The position numbers were made by a program, and so were the translations under genes. This document shows, piece by piece, positions 9,639-18,278 of a stretch of 64,000 bases of DNA. Location of the stretch: NCBI GenBank assembly GCA_049975425.1, contig JBNGDI010000006.1, positions 47,263 to 111,262 of the forward strand, read 5' to 3'. The DNA comes from Bacteroidales bacterium. GTDB taxonomy: Bacteria; Bacteroidota; Bacteroidia; Bacteroidales; VadinHA17. Under the pieces are notes generated by a model. The model was given only the letters and a program-made list of their open reading frames with translations, was not told the origin of the DNA and made no database searches. The number at the start of each line of letters is the position of its first letter. The first letter of the stretch is position 1.

Positions 9639-9645
9639 GGATATG

Positions 9646-11628
9646 TTACCGGATTTTGATATCGTCCGGCATTTCGAACCGTTCGTATTCCACGATCAGA
9701 TCACCTGATTCAGGAACATGAATTTCTGCCCTTCTGTTCAGGGCCCGTCCCTCGGGACAATCGGCACCGTTTTCGTACCGGTTTCGGGCTATCGGGTTGT
9801 TTTCACCTTTTCCCGATACGCTGATCCTTGTTTTCCCAATTCCTTTTGATATGAGGTAATCACGTACGGCACCTGCACGGCGTTCGGAAAGTTTCTGATT
9901 GTATTCAGCCGGACCAATGGCATCGGTATGGCCGATAATTTCAATATTCAATCCGTTGTGTTCCTCCAGGATTTTTACCAGTTTGTCAAGTTTAGCCTTT
10001 TCTTCTGCGGTGATGGTTGCCCTGTCAAAAGCGAAATAGACATGTTTCAGGGTAATGATTTCGGGGGGAACCGCAACCAGTGTGGCGTTTACCATTACTT
10101 CCGAAAGAGAATAATCGGATGGAAGATGAGCTTCCCTGACAAGGGGTTCGTAACCTTCACACGTGAATGTGAGTGCATAGGTGCCAGGCACCTTGCTGGT
10201 GTAGTGATATTCGCCGGTTGAAGGATCGACCGGCAGGGTTGAGGGCTGAGTACCTGAGGGGCCGGATATATTAACCTTTATGTCTGTTACTTCCGGTACA
10301 GTTTTATCCTCAAGGGTTACTTTTCCGGTAATCAGTACGGGTCTTGGGTTTTTATCAGAATAAATCTCATATCGGTAAATGTCTTCCTGCCCGTAACCAT
10401 CTTCGGTATATCTGGCAAAGTAGGCGTTTATACCGTCATTCACAGGCATGAAGAAAAGGTCCTCGTCGGAGGTATTAATGGGATAACCCAGGTTGACCGG
10501 TGTGCTCCAGTTCCCGTCATCGTCAAGGGAGGAAGTAAAAACATCGTAACCTCCCATGGTTTCGTGCCCCTGGGAACTGAAATAAATGGTTTTTCCGTTA
10601 TTCACCATGAAAGGGGTTTCTTCATTGAAAGGGGTATTGATTGCCGGCCCCATATTTTCAGCGGGGCCCCAGTCGCCGATGGTTTCATCCCAGCGGGAAA
10701 GATAAAGGTCAAAACCGCCGTATCCTCCGGGTTTGTTGCTGGTAAAAATCAGAACGGACCCGTCCTCGGAAACGCAGGCATGGTTTTCCCAGTATTTGGT
10801 GTTGACATTCTTCCCGATTTTTTCTGCGGGTTGCCATTCTCCGTCTATTTTCCGGCTGAGGTAAATGTCGCTGTTGAAATCATCGTCTTTGGAAAGAAAC
10901 AATTGGTTCCCGTCTGATGAAAGGCATGTAGGATACATGTCTCCGTCTGAAAGGATTTCCGGGCTGAGATTGACCGGATCGCTCCACCGGGTGCCAGATT
11001 TTTCGGTATAAAATATCGCATCATAGAATTTCAGGCCGGTAACGAATATCAGTGTTTCTTCATCGGGTGTGGTAACCGGTTTGAAATTTGGAAACTGATC
11101 ATTTATGGGTGGACCCAGATTAGCTGCATCGAAAGGGACGGGATTTTTCATATATTCTCTGGCGTTCTCGCATGCATTGATCTGCTGGAGGATAAAATTG
11201 CGATTAATGGTATCTCCGTTTTCTATTAATGCCAGATACTGGTCAAAAATCTGACAGGCTTCATCAAAGCGTTCCTGTATTCGGTAGGCGGCTCCCAGAT
11301 AATAATAGGCTTCCAGGGGTGCTCTGTCTTCCCTGTGATTCCCTTCCCTGTAAGTGGTTGTGGTATTTTTTACCGCTTTTTCTAGATAGGGAATGGCTTT
11401 CTCTTTTTGTCCCGGCAGATTGATATAACACATGCCGATGCGGTAACAGATATTGGCATTATCGGGATCTATTTCATAAAGTTCAAGAAAAAAGGGGAGG
11501 GCATCGGCATATTCTTCGTATAGCAAGAAATAATCCCCGTCAAGGAAGGTTTCCTTGAAATTGACTTCCTGTGCGAATGTGGTGGAAAATAATAGACAGG
11601 AAAACAGAAATACCAGAGCTTTTTTCAT
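9646..11628 (-). CDS. PorE-like envelope protein: signal peptide, TPR, PD40 beta-propeller, CRD-like domain, OmpA_C peptidoglycan-binding domain (array member 2 of 5)
   Basis: Motifs YRIGMCYINLPGQKEKAIPYLEKA, APLEAYYYLGAAYRIQERFDEA, INACENAR, LIFTSNKPGGYGGFDLY, INTPFNEETPF...IYFSSQGHETMGGYDVF and GYPINTSDED. OmpA_C: VYFAFDRATI...IIGHTDAIGPAEYNQKLSERRAGAV. Only 7 nt separate it from the next gene. Confidence 0.8.
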   Translation of the reverse strand: MKKALVFLFSCLLFSTTFAQEVNFKETFLDGDYFLLYEEYADALPFFLELYEIDPDNANICYRIGMCYINLPGQKEKAIPYLEKAVKNTTTTYREGNHREDRAPLEAYYYLGAAYRIQERFDEACQIFDQYLALIENGDTINRNFILQQINACENAREYMKNPVPFDAANLGPPINDQFPNFKPVTTPDEETLIFVTGLKFYDAIFYTEKSGTRWSDPVNLSPEILSDGDMYPTCLSSDGNQLFLSKDDDFNSDIYLSRKIDGEWQPAEKIGKNVNTKYWENHACVSEDGSVLIFTSNKPGGYGGFDLYLSRWDETIGDWGPAENMGPAINTPFNEETPFMVNNGKTIYFSSQGHETMGGYDVFTSSLDDDGNWSTPVNLGYPINTSDEDLFFMPVNDGINAYFARYTEDGYGQEDIYRYEIYSDKNPRPVLITGKVTLEDKTVPEVTDIKVNISGPSGTQPSTLPVDPSTGEYHYTSKVPGTYALTFTCEGYEPLVREAHLPSDYSLSEVMVNATLVAVPPEIITLKHVYFAFDRATITAEEKAKLDKLVKILEEHNGLNIEIIGHTDAIGPAEYNQKLSERRAGAVRDYLISKGIGKTRISVSGKGENNPIARNRYENGADCPEGRALNRRAEIHVPESGDLIVEYERFEMPDDIKIR

Positions 11629-11676
11629 GGGCCTTGGGATTTGAAACCAAACAAATTTAATAATTTAATTCACATG

Positions 11677-11719
11677 AGGAAAGAAATGAAGGGATTGTTC
11701 ATTTGACCAATCCCTTCAT
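11677..11719 (-). terminator. putative rho-independent terminator after the 944-aa array gene
   Basis: 12-bp perfect stem ATGAAGGGATTG / CAATCCCTTCAT (11686-11697 and 11708-11719), followed on the minus strand by TTCTTTCC. Confidence 0.55.
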
Positions 11720-11745
11720 GAAGTCATTCAGTCCGGCAGACCTTT

Positions 11746-14580
11746 TTATCCCCGGAGGTCATGGTTTTCTCTGTTTTTTTTCTTTCTTCTGGTCAGAATA
11801 AGGAACAGAACAAGCAGGAACAATATACTGCCGCCAGTAAGCCATACGATCCATGATCGGCCCGGCACCTTTTCTTCTGAGAGTATTTCAATTACCTCAT
11901 CGGCCAGCTCGCTGTGTTTATCCATCAGTTTGAAGAGGAGGTCCCAAACCTGGTTGGCAGTATACGGATAATTAACCGACTGCTGCAATACATATTCCAG
12001 TAATTGCTCCGGTGTCATTTTCCGGACCATTTCATAGTCAAGGCCTGAGAGGAAATCTTTCAAAGCTCCTTCCGATGAATTTGTCAGGCTTTCAAGGAAT
12101 GCCAGTACATCTATTTTTCCCCCTGAAGCCAGGGCGGACACCAGCCTGAAGACTTCTTCCTTCTCGTATCCGAAGAATTCGGCTTTTCCTATGAGGTATT
12201 CCACGAGTTCCTGGTTGTTTGTAATCCCTTCGCGGTCAGGTTCAAGCTGTTCAATGGATGATTTCAGTGTACCTTCGGCCATCTCCTCCATTTTGCCCAT
12301 CAGTTCCCTGACTTTTTGTTCCTCTGCGGCTGGTGAGATCATCAGGATCCTGCGTATATCTTTGTCGCTGAATGCATAGTTTTCCGAGAGGGCATTCAGG
12401 TGTTCGATGAGTCGGAATGAGGTGCTGTCAGTCCATATGACACTGTCGATACGGCTGACTACCTCTTTCATTTCACCAAGGGCATGCCGGTTCAGTTTTT
12501 CCAATATGCCGGTGGTAGTCAGGGAAGCCACCTGGTCGCGGTACCTGAAAAGAGTATCGACCTCAGCCGGCTGGTTGCTTTCATTTACCAGGTACTTCCG
12601 CAGATCATTGATAGAATATAATTTCGATTGCTGAGGATCAGTATTTTCAATCATACTTCTCCATTCCTTCCCGGAAATGTCTTTCAGTTCTTCCATAGCG
12701 CTCAACACTTCGGCGGGAACCGGTTTGACTTTAGTGCGCGGAGGTTCGTAAGTAACCTCCGTTTCTTTTATGGTACGGTTACCGGCCTGATCTGTCAATG
12801 TAAAACGCAAAATGGTCTCACCTTGCAGGGGGTCGAATGTATACCGGGTTTCCGTTTTTCTGATATTGAACTCTTCACGGTTCACTACCACACTGTCCCT
12901 GATGGTTTCCACAAGCAGTGTGGCATTCTTTTCAGTGGCCAGATCAATTCTGACTTTCCCTTTTGTAATGTAAACGGTCGTATCAGAGACTTCAAGTTCG
13001 GCAATCAGATCGGCTTCTTCAAGGGTTTTGTTCAGGGTAAAGGAATCCCTGCGTTCAAAAGGCTCAATCATCAGCCGGTCTGTGGCAGGAATGAAACGGT
13101 CTGCCTCAAAAACTACATGATAATTGCCCTGAACCAGGTTGGTTTGATAACGCCCCGATGTATCGGTTTTAACCACAGAAGCCGTATCGCCGGTTTCCGT
13201 GTTGATGAAACAAACCTTAACGGCTTCTGGCCGATAGCCCTGTGTGGTTCTCAGTCCAACCATTCCGCTGATAAGGTATTTCTTCGGATGTTCATCGGAA
13301 TATATTTCGAGTTCAAAAATATCCTGTTCACCGAAACCCTCTTCGCTGTACATGGCGTAATAGACAAGGTATCCCTCACCAATGGGATAGTAGAAAAGAT
13401 TGTCGTCAGGGGTGTTTACCGGGTATCCCATGTTCATTGGAGCCGACCAGGTGCTGTCGCTCAACAGGTTGGAATAAAAAATATCATACCCTCCGATATT
13501 GAAATGGCCGTAGGAGCTGAAATAGAGAGTTTTGCCGTCATGGGATATAAACGGGGCATCTTCATTATACGGAGTATTGATTTTGTTTCCCAGGTTAACG
13601 GGAGGCCCCCATTCACCGCCCACACTGTCGCGTGTGGAAACATAGATATCCAGGTCCCCGTAACCCCCTTTCCGGTTGCTGGTAAAATACAGGGTTTTTC
13701 TGTCGGCTGATATGGAGGCATGTGATTCCCAGTATTTTGTGTTGATATGGTCGTTCAGTCTCTTAATGCGTGACCATTCCTTACCGTCATAATAACTAAC
13801 GTAAATATTCCCGTCGTAACCATCAACTTTGTACAGGTACAGTTCTTTTCCGTCAGCAGAAAGAGAACTGGTATAGAGGTCATCGTCTTCTCCCAGCTGG
13901 AATGTGAGGTTTTCCGGTTCGGTCCATTTTCCGTCCACTTTTTTTGAGAAGAAAACGGCATCATAGAACTGAAGTTTCCGCATGAAAACCATCATGGTCC
14001 TGTCCGCCGACACAACGGGATTGTAGTCGGAAAACCTGGAATTGATCACTTCGCCCATGTTTCTCATATCCAGAAACATAGGATTTTGCATGATCTTTTT
14101 GGCATTTTCACAGGCACGGATCTGTTCATCCACAAGATCCAGGTCATACTTTTTTTCGTCCACAGAATTTTTGAATTGCCGGTATGCTTCCAGTGCTTCG
14201 TCAAGATTGTTGTTTACACGGTAGGCATCGCCCAGGCGGAACAGGGCCTCGGGCGGCGCATTATTTTCCCTGATATTTTCTCCCCTGTATTTATCCGAAG
14301 TGTGCCGGGAAGCTCTTTCCAGGTAGTCAATTGCTTTGTCTTTCTGCCCGGGGGTATTCAGATAACATACTCCGATACGGTACCTGATATTATGGTTGTT
14401 GGGGAATTCCCGCAACATCTGAAGGTAAATGGGGAGTGCCTCGTTGTATTCTTCGTACAGAAAATAAGCATTGGCTTCTTTAAACCGTTCTCTCCAGTCA
14501 ATGCCTTCCTGAGAAGAACCGTTATACGTGAAAAGCAGTGATACAAGAATGATCAGGAGTGTATACCGCTTCATGGGCAA
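11746..14580 (-). CDS. envelope protein: signal peptide, TPR, PD40 beta-propeller, CRD-like and extra beta-rich domain, ~285-aa helical-repeat module, C-terminal TM anchor (array member 1 of 5)
   Basis: Motifs YRIGVCYLNTPGQKDKAIDYLERA, APPEALFRLGDAYRVNNNLDEA, IRACENAK, LYFTSNRKGGYGDLDIY, INTPYNEDAPF...LYFSSYGHFNIGGYDIF and GYPVNTPDDN. CRD-like GRYQTNLVQGNYHVVF. The C-terminus is WIVWLTGGSILFLLVLFLILT followed by RRKKKNREN. Confidence 0.75.
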   Translation of the reverse strand: MPMKRYTLLIILVSLLFTYNGSSQEGIDWRERFKEANAYFLYEEYNEALPIYLQMLREFPNNHNIRYRIGVCYLNTPGQKDKAIDYLERASRHTSDKYRGENIRENNAPPEALFRLGDAYRVNNNLDEALEAYRQFKNSVDEKKYDLDLVDEQIRACENAKKIMQNPMFLDMRNMGEVINSRFSDYNPVVSADRTMMVFMRKLQFYDAVFFSKKVDGKWTEPENLTFQLGEDDDLYTSSLSADGKELYLYKVDGYDGNIYVSYYDGKEWSRIKRLNDHINTKYWESHASISADRKTLYFTSNRKGGYGDLDIYVSTRDSVGGEWGPPVNLGNKINTPYNEDAPFISHDGKTLYFSSYGHFNIGGYDIFYSNLLSDSTWSAPMNMGYPVNTPDDNLFYYPIGEGYLVYYAMYSEEGFGEQDIFELEIYSDEHPKKYLISGMVGLRTTQGYRPEAVKVCFINTETGDTASVVKTDTSGRYQTNLVQGNYHVVFEADRFIPATDRLMIEPFERRDSFTLNKTLEEADLIAELEVSDTTVYITKGKVRIDLATEKNATLLVETIRDSVVVNREEFNIRKTETRYTFDPLQGETILRFTLTDQAGNRTIKETEVTYEPPRTKVKPVPAEVLSAMEELKDISGKEWRSMIENTDPQQSKLYSINDLRKYLVNESNQPAEVDTLFRYRDQVASLTTTGILEKLNRHALGEMKEVVSRIDSVIWTDSTSFRLIEHLNALSENYAFSDKDIRRILMISPAAEEQKVRELMGKMEEMAEGTLKSSIEQLEPDREGITNNQELVEYLIGKAEFFGYEKEEVFRLVSALASGGKIDVLAFLESLTNSSEGALKDFLSGLDYEMVRKMTPEQLLEYVLQQSVNYPYTANQVWDLLFKLMDKHSELADEVIEILSEEKVPGRSWIVWLTGGSILFLLVLFLILTRRKKKNRENHDLRG

Positions 14581-14706
14581 TTGGTTTATACGAAAATAGT
14601 AATTTTAAGTGAAACTCTTTATTAAATTTTCGATTTCCGCTAAAATAAGTGGAAGGCTGCAAATAAAAATGGGAAGGCAATATCTCCTTTATGCGCACAG
14701 CAAAAG

Positions 14707-14737
14707 CAGGACGTAAGGGTTGGATATTTCCGTCCTG
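14707..14737 (-). terminator. possible terminator hairpin downstream of the E2 gene
   Basis: Stem CAGGACG / CGTCCTG with a 17-nt loop, followed on the minus strand by CTTTTGCTG. The large loop makes this weak. Confidence 0.35.
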
Positions 14738-14780
14738 TTATGGAATATAATCATGGCAGGTAAATGTTTGAAGGGAATTT

Positions 14781-16172
14781 TCACACTACCCTGTCGGTGT
14801 CGAAATTTTCAAGATATTCCGCCACTTTTTTGAGGTACATGCCGCCCAGTGCTCCGTCAACCACCCGGTGATCATAGGAAAGAGAAAGGATCATGATGTG
14901 TCTGATCCCGATGGCATCGCCTGCCGGGGTTTCAATAACGGCGGGTTTCTTCCTGATGGCTCCGATTCCCAGAATGGCGGCCTGCGGCTGATTGATGATA
15001 GGAGTTCCTGTGAGGCTGTCAAAAGTGCCGAAATTGGTGATGGTAAAAGTACCTCCGGTGATCTCATCAGGTTTCAGCTGGTTGCTGCGGGCCCTTCTGG
15101 CCAGATCATTTACCGTTTTTGCCAGCCCTATGAGATTTTTTTCATCAGCATTTTTGATCACCGGCACAATCAGGTTCCCATTGGGCAGGGCCGTGGCCAT
15201 TCCGATATGGATGTTTTTCTTTTTTATGATACGGTCGCTGTCCACCGAAACGTTAACCATGGGATAATCACGCAGGGCAAGAGCTGCTGCCTCAATGAAC
15301 ACGGGCATGAATGTGAATTTTTGGCCTTCGCGCTGCAGGAAAGTATCCTTTACCCGGTTCCTCCATTCAACCACTGCTGTCATATTTACTTCTATAAAGG
15401 ACGTAACATGAGGAGAAATCTGCTTGGAACGAACCATATGTTCAGCAATAAGCTTTCTCATACGGTCCATCTGAATGATTTCATCCTCACCTGAAGATGC
15501 CGTTACGGCACCGGCTGCGGCCTGCTGCTTCAGGTCCGGTTTCCGGGCAGTTGTTTCATTTGCAGCCTGTTCTGGCTGTTTCACCTTTCTGGTTTTTCTC
15601 TGTTCCAGATACTGCAATATGTCGTTTTTCGTAAGCCGGTTATTTAATCCTGTGCCCTGAATGCTGTCCAGTTCATCGGCGCTGAGGTTCTCTTTTTCCG
15701 CAATACGACGGATAAGAGGTGAGAGAAATCTTCCCGATGGGGTATGACTTGTTTGTTCCGGGGGAAGAGGGACCTCCTCAGCTTCAGCAGCCTTTTCCAA
15801 CGGCTTTTCCTGTACCGGAGATTCTTTTTCCTCTGATTCAGGCTCTGGTTCTGTTTTCTTTCCGGAAGGAGTGCTTTTGATCCTTTCCACCTCTTTCCTG
15901 ACTTCTTCCGTAGCGGAACTTTCCATTTCCTTTTCGGTTTCCAGTCGCGCAATGGCCTGCCCTACCTGAGGGGTTTCACCTTCTTTGACCAGAATCTCCT
16001 TTACTATGCCGGAGTATGGGGAAGGGACCTCCGAGTCAACTTTGTCTGTGGCAATTTCAACCAGCGAATCGTCTTCATTCACATGGTCACCTTCCTTAAC
16101 CAGCCATTTGGTTATGGTTGCTTCAATTACTCCTTCTCCCATGGCAGGGAGCATTATTTCTACTTGAGCCAT
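14781..16172 (-). CDS. 2-oxoacid dehydrogenase complex E2 component (dihydrolipoamide acyltransferase)
   Basis: N-terminal lipoyl domain with the EIATDKV lysine motif. Then an Ala/Pro/Glu-rich linker, a peripheral subunit-binding domain (LSPLIRRIAEKENL) and a catalytic domain with DHRVVDG. Confidence 0.9.
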   Translation of the reverse strand: MAQVEIMLPAMGEGVIEATITKWLVKEGDHVNEDDSLVEIATDKVDSEVPSPYSGIVKEILVKEGETPQVGQAIARLETEKEMESSATEEVRKEVERIKSTPSGKKTEPEPESEEKESPVQEKPLEKAAEAEEVPLPPEQTSHTPSGRFLSPLIRRIAEKENLSADELDSIQGTGLNNRLTKNDILQYLEQRKTRKVKQPEQAANETTARKPDLKQQAAAGAVTASSGEDEIIQMDRMRKLIAEHMVRSKQISPHVTSFIEVNMTAVVEWRNRVKDTFLQREGQKFTFMPVFIEAAALALRDYPMVNVSVDSDRIIKKKNIHIGMATALPNGNLIVPVIKNADEKNLIGLAKTVNDLARRARSNQLKPDEITGGTFTITNFGTFDSLTGTPIINQPQAAILGIGAIRKKPAVIETPAGDAIGIRHIMILSLSYDHRVVDGALGGMYLKKVAEYLENFDTDRVV

Positions 16173-16267
16173 GAATAGTAATGATTGAAATGTATGTAAA
16201 ATTTATCCTGCTAATGATCAACAAAATCAGAACATTTAAATATAAAAATACTAAAATAATAACAGAA

Positions 16268-18220
16268 TTACCTGTCCAAATGTTTACGGGCCTTCCAAAT
16301 AATTTTCATATCCGTGACCGGGCTGTAGTCTCTGGCGTAAACAAGATTCCCTCTATTGATCACTTCTTTATGTTCCGTACCGGGGGGCAGGGTATACAAT
16401 ATCCCCGGCCGGATATCAGGAAGTGACTGATCCTCTGTGTTGTGAAGAGGATAAAATCCTACCCAGCTGCATTTTCCCAATAGAACAAGGAAAATATTCC
16501 TGAGCAGTCGGAGCGGTTTGGGGAAAAGGAAAAATGTAATCGGGAAACAAACCAGTAGCAGGACGGAAAGTGTCATATCCAGCAACCGTTTGTTCCTTCT
16601 GGAAGAGGCCTGTGTAATGGTATTGAAATGGAGCAGGAAGAGTTCCCCCGGGGTATGGATGGAGTGATTGCCAATGACCGACGCACTTTCGGGAGGGGCT
16701 ATTTTATATTCCACCGGAAACCGGTTCAGCCGGTTCATGCAATGAATGATTGTACCGGCAGGGATATCCCGGGCACAGAAAATTACTTCGCAGGCCTGGT
16801 GGACCCTGATCATCTCTTCCAGGTCGGCTGCCAGATATGATGCATCAGAAGAACCGTTAGGGGGTGAAGCTATACCGGCCAGTTCACAGGATGTTCCGGA
16901 AAGATTCATCAGCTCGTAAACCCTCCGGGCTTCTTCTTCGCTTCCGGCAATAAGTATTCTTTTCTTTCTGTCACCGGCCAGCCTGAACTGTGTCCATGGC
17001 ATCCAGTGCATTCCCAGCCTGAAAATCAGAAGAGTTCCCAGGGTCCAACCACTTCCGGCCAGGATCAGCATGCGGGAAAACCTGAAATGTTCCGGGAGAA
17101 GGGCATAGATTATCAGGATTGTGACGGTTCCGGCCAACCAGCCTGCTGTTATACGCGAAAGGCGTACGGGCGGGTCGTATCCTCCGGCCAGGAGAAGGCT
17201 GATCAGCCAGATCATGATCATGCCCGGGATCAGAAACAGGTAAAAACCATCAGGATAACTGCCTCCTTCAGGGAATCGGATCTTTTCCCACAGCGGGGTC
17301 AGTATCAGGAAACCGGACAGAATCAGCAGGGCATCTACTGCCGGGAACAGGATCCTCTTAACAAAACGCCTTAGGATTGAAAACCCTGCACGGCAATATA
17401 TGGCTCCTTTGATCAGAAAGGAAAGCAGTCGGGCATGAGTGGATGTCAGGTGCTTTTCTGCGAAGGTCAACATGGCCCGGTAGAACAGAATCACATACTG
17501 AATGCTTGATTTTTTTGTGCTTTCGCCCTTGTAATGTATGATAGAGGTCTCGGGAAAGTATATTACCTGGTGACCTGCCTGCAGTATCCGGTACGAAAAA
17601 TCAATATCTTCCCCGTACATAAAATAGTCCTCATCCAGCAATCCTACTTTGTCCAGCACCGTTTTTCTGATCATCATAAAGGCGCCGGTAAGGACTTCAA
17701 TATCAGCTGTTTCAAATTCGTTGAGGTGTCCCAGATAATATTTGCCCAGGGTTTTAGATCTCGGAAACAGCCGGGTAAGTCCGGATAATTTGAAGAATGC
17801 CACCGAAGGTGTGGGCAGGGCTCTTTTTGATTCGGGTAAATATCTTCCTTTTCCGTCTACCATTCTAACGCCGAGTGCCCCTGCATCAGGATGTTGATCA
17901 AGGTATCCTATGCATTTTTCCAGCGTATGTTCCCCAACCACGGTATCAGGATTCAGGAGAAGCACATATTCGCCTGATGAATGCCGGATGCCCTGATTAC
18001 AGGCATGAGAATACCCTGTGTTGACCTTGTTTTCAATGAGAATGACCCGGGGGAATTTTTCCCTGACCATCCGGCAGGAACCGTCCACCGAATGATTGTC
18101 AACTACAATGATTTCTGTTTGTATTTTCCCGGCTGCTTTCTGAACAGAATGCAGACATTGTTCCAGGAAGAACCTGACGTTGTAATTGACAATGACAACG
18201 GATAGCTTCATCGGGATCAA
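16268..18220 (-). CDS. GT2 glycosyltransferase fused to a polytopic membrane region, a Rossmann-like segment and a degenerate sugar-transferase-like C-terminus
   Basis: N-terminus LSVVIVNYN...VVDNHSVDGS...LLLNPDT...YGEDIDFSYR is GT2. About 6 hydrophobic segments follow. KKRILIAGSEEEARRV is a Rossmann-like segment. The C-terminus KRLLDMTLSVLLLVCFPITFF...LLGKCSWVGFYP resembles the ends of a Bac_transf domain without the middle. Confidence 0.65.
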   Translation of the reverse strand: MIPMKLSVVIVNYNVRFFLEQCLHSVQKAAGKIQTEIIVVDNHSVDGSCRMVREKFPRVILIENKVNTGYSHACNQGIRHSSGEYVLLLNPDTVVGEHTLEKCIGYLDQHPDAGALGVRMVDGKGRYLPESKRALPTPSVAFFKLSGLTRLFPRSKTLGKYYLGHLNEFETADIEVLTGAFMMIRKTVLDKVGLLDEDYFMYGEDIDFSYRILQAGHQVIYFPETSIIHYKGESTKKSSIQYVILFYRAMLTFAEKHLTSTHARLLSFLIKGAIYCRAGFSILRRFVKRILFPAVDALLILSGFLILTPLWEKIRFPEGGSYPDGFYLFLIPGMIMIWLISLLLAGGYDPPVRLSRITAGWLAGTVTILIIYALLPEHFRFSRMLILAGSGWTLGTLLIFRLGMHWMPWTQFRLAGDRKKRILIAGSEEEARRVYELMNLSGTSCELAGIASPPNGSSDASYLAADLEEMIRVHQACEVIFCARDIPAGTIIHCMNRLNRFPVEYKIAPPESASVIGNHSIHTPGELFLLHFNTITQASSRRNKRLLDMTLSVLLLVCFPITFFLFPKPLRLLRNIFLVLLGKCSWVGFYPLHNTEDQSLPDIRPGILYTLPPGTEHKEVINRGNLVYARDYSPVTDMKIIWKARKHLDR

Positions 18221-18278
18221 AAATAAGTACTACCCCTGTCATTTCAAACGGAGCAACCGAATGGAACGGGTATTTTTT

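Noticed and set aside
12628-13710. 360-aa plus-strand ORF
   Set aside because: It lies entirely antisense to the 944-aa TPR/PD40 gene, which has strong family motifs. Its translation is low-complexity (F/G/R/I-rich) with no recognisable domain. This is a typical shadow ORF.
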